Assembly (NCBI GenBank): GCA_030141605.1
Contig: JAQGDQ010001005.1
Span: 7,162-71,161 of the forward strand
Reading direction: 5' to 3'
Source: Tubiluchus corallicola
Taxonomy: Eukaryota > Animalia > Priapulida
DNA length: 64,000 bases
The position numbers were made by a program, and so were the translations under genes. This document shows, in pieces, positions 13,460-26,000 of this stretch. Position 1 is the first letter of the stretch. Each line of letters starts with the position of its first letter. The notes beneath the pieces were generated by a model. That model made no database searches and was not told the DNA's origin. It was given only the letters and a program-made list of their open reading frames with translations.

Positions 13460-13550
13460 CAGCCTAACCTCGTTATCTCGCCACTGTCCGTCTAGGGCAA
13501 ATTTTTGGCGAGAGGCAAGTATGGCATGGCGAGATAACGAGGTTAGACTG
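13460..13550. mobile_element. Tiny Tigger/pogo-like MITE (hairpin)
   Basis: TIR CAGCCTAACCTCGTTATCTCGCCA/TGGCGAGATAACGAGGTTAGACTG flanked by TA on both sides. Confidence 0.85.
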
Positions 13551-14051
13551 TATATTATTAAAATTTTATAACTTGAGCCTTAATCATTAGATTTAAACAA
13601 ACATTGAACTTTCCCTGATTAAAGCCACAATAAATACAAACAAATTAGAGAAACATTAATGTGACTGTTAATTAGCAAACAGACATTCATGATAAAACAA
13701 AAGCTCATTAACTTGTTCTAAATTTATACATACGTAAGCATTGTTCCCTGACGCAATCTGTCTATGAAAATAACAAAAACAAAAACCTACACATTCTACA
13801 CTAGATTTTATACTAGCCGCCTAGAAAATTAAAAAACTATACCTGGCAAGATTAGTTTAAGTTAACAAAATCGAAACTTAACAAAAATAGTATTACGGGA
13901 CTTCCGAAAATTGCATAAGAAAATCACCATTTGATGAGTAACGGTAAACTTTCGGAAAAAGTTAAAATCTCTCATCCGAAAATTAGCTAATCGTTCTGAC
14001 TCGGCAGCCATGCAAGAAAAATCACAACAGTGAGAAACTTGAGATTGCACA

Positions 14052-17000
14052 CTACTCCAAGTTACTGTACATTGTGTCGATTTGCGATCGGAAGTACTGT
14101 CGCAGAGCCGGTCGCTTGCTCTTGAATGTTGGAGTCAGAAAACCATTTTCTACACTGAATAATTCTGCATGTAGGTAAATATCTTTCACCTATAAGAAGA
14201 CAATATCAGGTTAGTTAATTAGTGTTTAACGAGAGTATACTAACTATTTAATGTGGTGCACGAATCAAATCACCTATGTGCCATCAACCCAGAGAGCTTT
14301 TATAGCCTCCAGCTTTAGCAAAATCTGCTTATGCTACGTAGAACATTAAAGCTAGATGATTTGCCAATGGAAGGTGGCTATGGAAATGACATTTAGTGCT
14401 TGAAAAGAAAATGTGCTGAAACACTATTCTCGATATATGCTAAAGGTACCAAGTTTCTCCGATGTAAAGGTCAGGGGTCAAGGTCACACAGCAGTAACTC
14501 AAGGTTAATGTGCTAGGAGTTCAATCAAGCTTATCTAGGTTCAATTTCAACATCTCAGTTTGATATAGAAGGAAAAACAGAAATGCCCATCTAAATGGTG
14601 AAATGCACGTAACAGTAAAGAACTAGAATGCGAAATTGCGTTTGTGTGGTAATAAGTCTTTCACGTAAGTTACTTTTGAAAAAATAGTATGTGTCCTTTC
14701 AATCTTTTAAAGAGTAGATTGTTTTGAACTACAGTTTAAGATTGGATCCGGTTTTCCTTTAAATAATTGTGCCTTCCTCACCCATTAAACAGATACATTC
14801 TGTTTCGTGTTGAAAAATACAAGAGACATAAAACTTAAATCCGAAAACCTCTCAAAATATTTTTCAAGAATATCTTTGAGACAATAAAAGTACTTAGAAA
14901 TGGCTGTAAAAACCCATCAAATGTAATTTCCGATCTTCAAAATGTTATTCAACATGATAATAACAGATTTGGATGATGTACATTCAGACTTTGAACAGCT
15001 GTATAGCCATTTTGCACAGCATTTTGCAATTCAATGACACACAGCGAAAACACAACAAAAACATGGCATCAAGTTTCAATTTCGAAAACTGCAGTTATTT
15101 AGAAGGCTGGATTCACTAGATGCTCAATTTGCGATACGCAGGAAGCTTAGAAAAGAAACCACGACCACAGTTTCAGAAAAGCTCACTGTAGTCGGGCTGG
15201 TTTTAAGCCAATCAAACAGATTTGTTCAAATTGAGCCCCGTGCCAAGAGTACCCTGTATACATGCTCGAGTGGAGGATGCTACCAGGGGCCTATTAACCA
15301 ATAGGCTAACTAGGCTATAGCCTAGGGTGCCAAAGTTTGAGGGCGTCGCATTTTAGAAAAAATTCTTATTCTCGGAAAATGAGTATACTTTCATATTTAT
15401 GTAAAGGGCGCATTTTATAATACACCACAGACAGTTACTTAGCTCAGCTTCTACATGTATATAAGTGCCACATAACGAACAGGTGCAACATATTACACAA
15501 CAAGCAGTTGTGCGATCTGCTTGAACGTAAGCACATATATGTAATTAATAATGGCAACGTAGACACTAGCTTAGTGTTTCTAATACACGACAAGTAACTG
15601 TTTGATTCCTTCATTATATAAGCAGCCATAAGTTCACAATACAGATGGGTGGGACAGAATTTTGAGTCTAGGACGTCGTAATGTCTTGATATGTCACTGG
15701 ACGTTATGATGAATTGATAAATGTCCAGAGTGCACAAAGTTTGCTGATACTGTGAAGGCAGTGACACCATTCAGTCTGTCCTCGTATATCTATGTTTCAA
15801 GATATGTTTCTGATCGTTTGTTTACCTGTTTTGTAATTTCATTTTAGCGTTGCCATTTAACTTTCTAAAACAAGGTAATTTGCGAGGCCTATTACGAATT
15901 AGTCAGATCGTCATTGGATTTTTATTTTTCTAATTTGTGGATGATATTCAAACCCTCAACACAAGTTAGAACATTGTTTCACAAGAGTGGCTAAATAATT
16001 TGGCTGTGCTATCTCTAGAAAATGACATTACAAAAACTACTGACTTTGAAATGATTTTGAAAGATTTCTCGAATAAAAAAGCCAGAAAACTCAGATTTTA
16101 GAAGGCCTATGCACAAACATTATGTCAGTAATTATCTTTACTTGAATAAAACATTAAAACTTTTATATGAGGTTTCTATTTTTCGTGCAGCATTGTGGCT
16201 AATATTGGAGCCTCAAGCCTTCAATACTTTTTGGCTGAAACTGGCATATTACACGAAGGATCAGTGTTTGCAGGGTAAAAGGCCCACCAAAATTTTCTAA
16301 TTGGGCCACAGGGTACAAGGCCCACCAACAATTTTCTAATTGGGCTACACACTTCCTGCCACTGGTCCTGCATGTAGTAAGACTTCTACTGCACACTTCC
16401 AAACTGTAACATGGTAACTAACTGTAGTTATTGTTTAATGACACACTGTTCTGTAACATTGCTTTGCAAAGTGAATCATATACAAAGGCTTACTGTTAAG
16501 ATAGTTTGAAATGGTTACCTGCTCGAACGAATGTAAACCTGCATCTTTTCCGGCTGCGATCATTTGTTCAAAAATCTCTTTCTTTACATCCTACAAACAA
16601 AAATCAATAAGCCATTGCAGTCGTGACCAATCTGTCAGCAAGAATAAGGAAAGATGATGATTTGTTAAAACTAAATATGGAAGCAAAACGGAATATCAAG
16701 AACATTTGCAGTTACTGGTTATAACTAGTTAATGAGTTTAATCCATTATAGCTTTGCTATTTTATTAATTCCTACTGTTCACTGACCACCATAAGTGTGC
16801 TTGAATGACAAAAACGTCCGGAAGTTGGCATATAGCTTTTCTAGTTATTCACATATCGCGAATCTCTATTTCATGAGGATCATTTTGATACCAAGTTCAT
16901 GGCTCTATGTTATTTCTAAGCTGAGATAATCCACATTGAATTTGAGGTGCAGGCTACAAACCGAAAAGCATAACCTTGAGAAACTCGCTGTTACAGTTTG

Positions 17001-20000
17001 CCATTGTTTTGGTCATGCTTCTACAAAAACACTCTGCCAATGTACGAATTGGTGGTTGCTATGGACTTTGCAAGAGTGAATTGATGTTTAAATGCTGTAG
17101 ATGGCTCTTCCAAATGAAGACTTGGGCTTGGCAACAGAAAAACTGCAAGCAAAATGACTGCTTTCACGAGGTACTAATTGGAGTTTGAAAAAAAAAGATT
17201 TTTGACAAAGGTAATATTAGTTTTTAAGCAAAGAAGTGGGTAAGGAGTTATAAAATTACATTTTTAGGATTTTCTAAACAATTTTCTGTCGTTTTAGTCC
17301 AAGCCCAATATATTTAGTGCTTTTGTAAAAAACAAAAAATAATATTTCATTCAAGTTTTGATGCATTGTATTCTGAAGCATCATAATACAGTTTTATCTA
17401 CGTCGACTTGAGGGTGATTTTGGTTTGCAAGATATTTTAACATTGATAGATATGCAATATTTCATTTGCTTACTAACAAATCTAATTAGTCATTCTGACG
17501 TTAACAGCTAGTTATAAGCAACTAATAAAGTAAACATCACATTCTAGGTAGGTTTCTTCTAAAAAAACACCATGAGTTCATTGAATATAGCTCATTGTGA
17601 TATATCATTAGCTGGATTGATGTACTGATGTACTAGTTGTACTGACGCTAAAATTTTGGTGCCAATAGACGTTTTGTGTCATACTTTTCTGTTATTTACC
17701 ATTTCTGTGATTCAGTAGATCAGGGATGTGCAAATTTAAATCAGGCCACATTAAACTTTCCCGCAATTCCTGCGGGCCACAGGCAGTTTGATCAAGGACC
17801 CAAGTACAGAAAGGCCCGATAACGATTTTTTTGCATCCGACCTGCGTACATCATTACTACTGCACTACTACACTCAAGAAACTATTTTAGAAGTGATTAA
17901 AATTTATATTACAAACCATATATTTCTACTTTCAGGACAGATACTGGTAATTTCATTACAATGCATATTAGTAATGTGTATCACACAGTCTGTGTAGTAC
18001 AGTGACATTAAGCTACAACCGTCTTGTAAGGGTTAATGGCATCCGATGTAATAGAAAAAACTACCCGCACTATCTTTGGGATCGTGGCACGGACTTCAGC
18101 TGGATACACTCAATTAATCGCCCAGGCCGCACTTTCATTAGGTGGACAAATCTCTTCGCGGGCCGCACAAATTCTCTCGGCGGCCCGCAAGTGGCCCGCG
18201 GGCTGCAATTTGCACACCCCTGCATTAGATATTTCGTAAATGAAATGCTATCGTATTTTAACAAAATGCTAGTGTAAACTTTAGCTGTCTTCTACTTCAT
18301 TCATTTTAAAGGCTACCCACAAAATAGTGAGATTTTAAAATGAAAAACTAGAAAGTGCAAAGACAGCTAACTGGTTTTATTTATTATCAATATACATAAA
18401 TTTAATATTAAATCTAAACAAAAAGAAATGCGCTTTTTTCAAGTTTATGAACTACTGTACCTTGTTCTGACACCAGTCGAGCAAACCAGAACCTTCAATG
18501 CTATACTGTCTGGCAAATCTCGGTAGGATTTCCGGATCAGGAACAATTATGCCAACAAGGCAGGACTGAAAAAGCAACAAAGTGTTAATTCAATGAAACT
18601 TATCAAAGGTGAAACTGTTGTAAGACACGTGTAAATGTTGTTATAAGAGAATTATTAAAAACAAAAATATATTATGCTCCGTATGTCAACAATTCAGCCC
18701 TAGAATAATTAAAAACAGTAAACTATTAAGATTTACTAAGAACAGTGCATATGACGAGAACAAGAGTGAAAAGTTACAGAAAGTATTACTAATTGTTGTA
18801 GGTCTTTACAGAGTGAAATTCATTGCATGAACAAAAGCAGTTCTCCAAAACTAACTTACAGAAAGTATTACTAATTTTTGTAGGTCTTTACAGGGTGAAA
18901 TTCATTGCATGAACAAAAGCAGTTCTCCAAAACTAACTTACAGAAAGTATTACTAATTTTTGTAGGTCTTTACAGGGTGAAATTCATTGCATGAACAAAA
19001 GCAGTTCTCCAAAACTAACTTACAGAAAGTATTACTAATTTTTGTAGGTCTTTACAGGGTGAAATTCATTGAGTGAACAAAAGCAGTTCTCCAAAACTAG
19101 CTGGTCTCTGCATTTACGTTCAATTGCATCTTCGATTCGAGCAAGTCTAACAGTGCATACCAACCTTTAAACTGTCTCCATGTACGTATGCTTGTGCCAC
19201 TAATGGACAACGCATGTAAACATTTTCTACTTTCTCGGGCGCAATGTATTCACCTTGAGAGAGCTTGAAAATGTGCTTCTTACGATCCATTATCTTTAAT
19301 GTTCCATTCTAAGGCCAAACAAAATATAATAAACGATTAACAGAATGAACTGCAATTATTAATAATTTTTTTTGAGAAAAATATAAAACAATTAGGCTCA
19401 GCTCAATGAGGTAATGCTATGAAATCACATTGCAGGGAGAATTTGCTCATTGACAACTAATTTATGAGATGCTGATAATTTTTAGCGCTACATAAATTTA
19501 CTGTTAAAAGTAAGAAAATGATAAGGCTCCAAAAATTTGCTCACATGCTTATGTAATCCATACAAATCTAATCTTGCAGTCACCATTTTAAATTTTGCTT
19601 AAAAATTTCAGCTGTAGTTTCATTTACAGTGTATCTATCAAATGCAGAGGCGGAGCAAGGTGGGGGTGACAGGGGGTATCGCCCCCCAGTGCAAGAGTAA
19701 GAGGGTGCAAAATTCTTCTAGAGTTCAATGGCTGTTAATTATTAATTACTAATCCGACATTAACGAAACAATTAACAAAAGTTTTCAAACTACAACAAAA
19801 TTGTCTAGTCAGAGATCATCGCAACTGACTTAATTACTGCATACAGTCTAGAAAAAAGGTTAATGTTGTTACTTAATGGCGTGTGCAAGGTGTCGCATGT
19901 AGTCGATCAATAATTCTGGGAGAAACAGAGGCGTTTCTCTAAATGCCATTGTATTATTATGAAAACCTGTAGTGTTCTGTATCTTTCATAATCTTTGCAT

Positions 20001-23000
20001 TTTTTAATGCTGGAGCTGAACGATTAGGGACAGTCGTGTTGCACAAAATTAATGCATAGAAAAGAAAGTTATTCCGCTGCAGTGCCACAAATTAAACTTA
20101 GGGTGATTCTTATAAAAAAAATGTGTTTATCTTTATCCCGTCAGGTTGAAAAAGGAAAGTCAGGCTCCGGGATGCAAAAAACGCACACCCATGAAACAAA
20201 TGAGCAAAAGATTAAAAGGGCAGGGCGCCAGAAGTTTTTTTGCCCCCGGGCGCCACAAACACTTGCTTTCCCACTGATTAAATCAATGTAATGCAGAAAT
20301 TTCAAATAGAGTAACTGTGCTTGTTTACATGCTTTCATCAATGCCGGTAAGAATTTTATGCTTTAAACTGTAACCCAAAATACAAACATTTGCCTATTAA
20401 GCATCATTGAAAGTTAAGGAAGCTGGGGAAATACCGGAAGCCAGGTGCCAATGTCACCAGTGTGAAGCCATCCGTCTTCATCTAAAACTTCGGCTGTCTT
20501 CTTACGATCATGGAAATACCCGACAAAAACGCTTGGCCCTTTGAGACAAACCTGGAAACAGAATCAATAAACCTAAACTCGGTGCTATGCAAAAGTTTCT
20601 AAGCAGGTATGTAAAAATCGCAAGCTTTTCTTCTTTTAAAGAAATGGCAAAAACGGTCACACTTAAGTACAAATAGATAGATGAATACAGACTGTAATGT
20701 AAAAGTGATTGCATGACATAGCTAGATTGTAATGTCTTTTCTCAGTAATTTTTAGGTTTTGCTAATCAAATAACATATAATTAGATAGTTAGAAAAACAA
20801 TAGTGCAGATAGAGTGGAACACAAAATTGTAGCTGTGCGAAAAGTAGGAAAGAGCTATTTTTACCAGAAAAAACACAAAAAAGCGAGTAGAAACCTGCAT
20901 AAAATTGTAATAATTAGGAAAAGATTAACATTCTAAAATATTTCAAAGAAACTGCAACTAAAAAGGGACATTGTCTTTTAATATATGATCTTGTGCACAG
21001 TTCACATATGTATACGGCCTACAGCAATGAGAAAACTTAGAGAATATGGCTCATGAAACTACCCAACACAGACCAACCTATTGGTCTTTACTAACTAGGT
21101 TTGGTACACACGCACGCAACCACGCACGCACACCACACAACCATGCATGCATGCGCGCACAAACACAGCGACCACTCACTTGTACTCTTGCCTCCCAAAA
21201 AGTAGGAACTACAAGGTAACGAAACATATTTGACTCGTGTCTGCACATAGCTCTGCACGTTTCAAAGTTCACATTTCTAAAACTTACGAATTGCTTGCAA
21301 TTTTGAACAAGGAAATATTAAAATAACGTCGTGGACTTGAGGACTAATGCAAGGAATTGATAACTCATTGTAACTGACCTCGCCTCTTCCATCTACTGCA
21401 AAGTAATCCATCTCAGGTACATCAGCTAATTTTATCTGACAACAACCAATCGGTGGTCCAACATGGCCCGGGTTGTTGTCTCCTATTACCGTTACTGTAC
21501 ACGGTGCCACACATTCTGTTTGTCCATAGCCTTCAAGAACCTGAAAAACAATCATCGTATTTAGCCTGTAGTCACAGAAAACACTGTAAACAGAGGTTAA
21601 TACCACTGAATGCTTTATTAACATAATCAGCATGTCCAATATAACATAAATGTCCAACAGCTCCCATAAAGTAGATTAACCTGACTGTTGAGAGCACAGG
21701 TGTGTAATAACAGACAGGTGACTAGTAGGTAACAAACAGAAAACCTGGCCAAAACTGGCCATCTGGTCACAGATGGCGCCTCGTGCACGATAAGTAAGAT
21801 TAACAAAAAAAAGCTAAGTCTGCTACATAGCCTGTTTTGCCTAACGAACTTTACATGTACATACAAAACTATCTTTTCAAATAAATGAAGATGTTACCAG
21901 ATTTTTTGTGATAATCAGGTAGAGGTTCTAACGACTAAGATCTCACTTAATTACTTAATCCCAAAGCAGTTTTGAGGCTTTGTGAAATCACACGTGAAAT
22001 CTCAAAGGCATGTTTAAAGAAAAACCGGGGCTGATTGTGTAAACGTTAGTTCAAAATAAAGTATGTTCTAAAATATTGAAAACTACAACAGCTTTTCTTA
22101 AATCAAAGCTTAGATTAAATAATAATTACCTCAGATAGTTAAATTTTGTTAAACTTTCAAAGTTATGCGTGCCTCAGAGAATCTACCGCCAGTAAAAGGG
22201 AAACAGCAAATTCCAACAGCTAAAATGCAGTTTATTTTAAATGAACTCGACAAAAGAATACCAGGTTATAGTAAAAGGTCTAGTTAATCAGACCACCATG
22301 ATCGAGATGATCTCCTCGACCAATACCTAACTCTTATTCGTCATCATCATCATCTTACATTCTGCACTGTTAACGCAAACACAACCAATAACATTGGCAC
22401 ACTAACGCAGGGAAAGGCGCCTTTTTGTCACATTCGCTTGACCGACAAATAGGCGCTGTATCATGATAAGCACGATTATGAAGCGTAGTGTTCGTCTGTG
22501 ACGTCAGTGTGACAGAGAGCTCACTTTTGTGACGTAACATCAGCATCTTATAACAATCTTCGCTTACGGAAACGTGCTTGATGTGCAGGGAAGATGCCTG
22601 CCATTGCACAAACTGTGGTTAGTTTGTGGCGTAAGCGATAGCTGTGTTCAACTGTCATTAATTAACTGTCCAAGCTAATTATTCAATATTAGAAATAATT
22701 GCTAACTTTTATAGACAAGAAAATGGACAGTAAATTGAAATGAAACTGAGTCTAATCAGTCATCTGGTTTTCCTTGGATGGTGAAGTTAACCTTATTCAT
22801 TCAGAAGTATCAAAGTTATCATGAAATGTGTCATCATAAGTACAACACTTCGTAATTTCCCACGTCTACTGCAGCAGTCATATCACAATCCTGGTACAGA
22901 TTAAGCAAAAGAAGGCATCACTGATAAATCTTTAGAGCTGATGTCAACATAGCGCAATCTATCATCTTTCTTCCTACCATTTCCACTAACACATCCTTCT

Positions 23001-26000
23001 ACCTTTCCTGTGTGATCTAACCTTTCTCCCAGTTCTTTTTTTGTTCACTCATCCATTCTTTTTTTATCAGGTTAACATAACAGCGGGCTTATACAAGCCT
23101 TTGCTTCTCTAGCCCACAGCAGCACAATTATTCTTTTATGATAACGACAGTGTATGAAACATAACAATTTAATACAGTATGACGTAATAATTTTGATGTC
23201 ACTGTGTGCTTTATATATTGTACTGAATGTGATAATAGTAATAAATAATTAAAATGATCAACATTGCTGTGGTCAATTTTTTTATAAGCTATTCTTTATT
23301 TACAAACATTGTTGATTTAATTAGACGTATTAAAATAATTCACTATATTTGAGACTTTTCCTTTTATTCTACCAAGGTTTCATGTAAGTTGAAATTTCTT
23401 TGTAAATTTTGCCAATAATTTCAACATAAGAAATTTCAGAAACTTATGCAGATCTTCGACACATTTCACAATCTCCCAATTTAAGTTTTAGCAACACGGG
23501 CCCTGGTGATCTCATTTCCTGATGTAGAATAAGCTACGTACCACGCATCCCGACGCACAACGAATAAAGTTGAGCACTTTTTCCGACACTGGAGCAGAAC
23601 CGGTCACTATAAGTCGAACGCGACCGCCCAGACTTGCTTGGACCTTTCGAAACACCAACCGGTCCCAGACGCTATTGTTGCGAATAATACCCCTGTAATA
23701 ATTCATAATAGTTAGTTGAGCTAGTTTTGGTTAAAAGTCAGTAACAATAATGGGTACAAGAAGAAAAGAGGAGTTCACACACACGTGCAGTATAATTTGA
23801 AATATTTAAACTTGGGATGCAACGGATCAGCTTTTGCTGGTTCCAGATTGAATATGGATCTGCATGTACAGGGTGCATAAGATTATGGATATATATAAGA
23901 TAAATAAAATAGCTTATTTTATGGATTTTTGAAATTTTATTTTATGGATATCAATAAAATAAGAAATAGACTATATCTGGAACGAGATGCCCAGGGGGAA
24001 ATCAATTAAAAAGTAAAAACAGGAGTGCTTGAAACGTGTTTTTAAACACGCAGGACTTAGTTTTAATTTTATCGGTTTCGTTTTAATTTTATCGGTTTCA
24101 TATCACTTCAAATTTAATCAAATTTTACGAGACAATGGCTGGGTCTCTCTCAGTTATTTTCAGACCGAACTCCAGCTCATGCTTTGGTTGAAACTTCGCC
24201 ATCTTGATAACAAAAAGACAATGAGAAAAAAACAATGTAAAATAGCAAATCCGGAAATGCGCTTTTGTTGGTTTGTTTTCTTTCTCTTTCTCTCCTTCTA
24301 ATGTTCGTTTTCAGTGTTGCCAATGCTTACAACTCGTTACTTTGTACAAAAAATCACAAAAAAATATTTTTTTATTTTATGCATTTCTTATTTTATGGAT
24401 TTTTGGTCTTATTTTATGGATATCCATAATCTTATGCAGCTTGTGCATGTACCAGGTCCCATTTGTGATCTGATTCCACATCCAGATCTACAGATTAATG
24501 TAAATGACATTTCATTTGTTTAGCTATTTCTTCATGCGGTTGCATTACCTGTCCATTTTAGGGACATTGTGTAATTTTAAGCGGAAACACTACAAACACT
24601 GATGCACACTAAGTTTGTATACTTCATCCTTACTCGGTTTAAACTAAAAAACTGCTAAATTATGCTTTAGTGGAAGTAGACAGCTCTAAATTTTTAGCTG
24701 TCACTTTTCCAGCAACAGCAGTATTCTTTGTACTATTTGCTTCAAGAAACCATAGGGTGAAGATTGCTGGTATAAATACTAACTGATACTTTGAGAAACC
24801 TCTGAAGATTTTAATAGAATCCTTTAAATTCTTTAAAAAAATTAAAACTATTGGGATAATTAAACCATTATGCACATTTTTTCTCACCCGCTTTAATTTT
24901 TTTCACAGCCGGTATTTTACACATAGAAAAACAGAAATACAAAAGGTGAAAAAACCCATGAAAATTTCTGCTGCATCAAATTCACTAAAATTACCGATAT
25001 CGGGATCAGGATCCGGATCAGATACGTCCCTAATTTAAATCACTTAATTAAAATTTGTAAAATTTGTGACTGCACAAGTCTAAAAAAGATATGTACCAGT
25101 GGAACTCAAACGCACACAAGAGCATATATACCCGCCACTGAGAGACACAAAAAAGAGGAGGATAACTCATAGGAATACCTTTTTAACTCCGCCTCTTTGC
25201 TCCTTAAGGCCATATTAAAAAGCATAGTCTTTGTTCGACTGCCACGAACTCCTTGCAATACCTAATAACAAAGAATTTTAACTCATTTCTATGTAACAAA
25301 TGTACACATCACTATATGTTAATGATTTTAAATAGTGTTTTCATCTGGTAACCGGGTACGCAAGTAATTAGCCGCTTTGTTAATTGCTTGAGTCTGATGA
25401 TTGTACCCAGTTCCAATAATGAAAATGCAGACATTATTTGTAATACGATATCCATTGTTTAAGAGCGTAAAATTTCAATGCCACCTTGTACTGTTCATTA
25501 CTAGCAGACTATAATTAACTACTAAGTTGGCAGCCCAATTGGGAGATGGCAGATCAAACCACTTTTGCAAAAGGGGTGAGCTACAAAAACAAACTGTGAT
25601 TTCGTTACGGAGAGGTTATTTATCCACAGAAAGTTGTTTATTAACATTTAAAAACCTATTCCAGGCCAGCTTAACGCACACCAAAAAGATAATATAGATT
25701 ATTTTATTCCCTATATCTCTACCCTGTATTAATAGTGTTCAGCGCGGTACCTAGGCTGGCTTAATATAGCTGACACATTGATAAGTTAAAATGTGCAATA
25801 GAGTAATTAAAAAGTCTGGCAGATAAAAACTAAGTCAACTGCTTGTGGCAAAACACTAACTTTTGCAATTTACAGTTCAGGCTTTCAGGGTGTAATAACC
25901 AAATGCTTGTTGTTCACATAACAGTGCAGTTAGCTAATACCAGTGGTTGCTTTTACTTGCAAATGTAAATGATCTTAATTTCTTCAATGTTGCTGAAATC

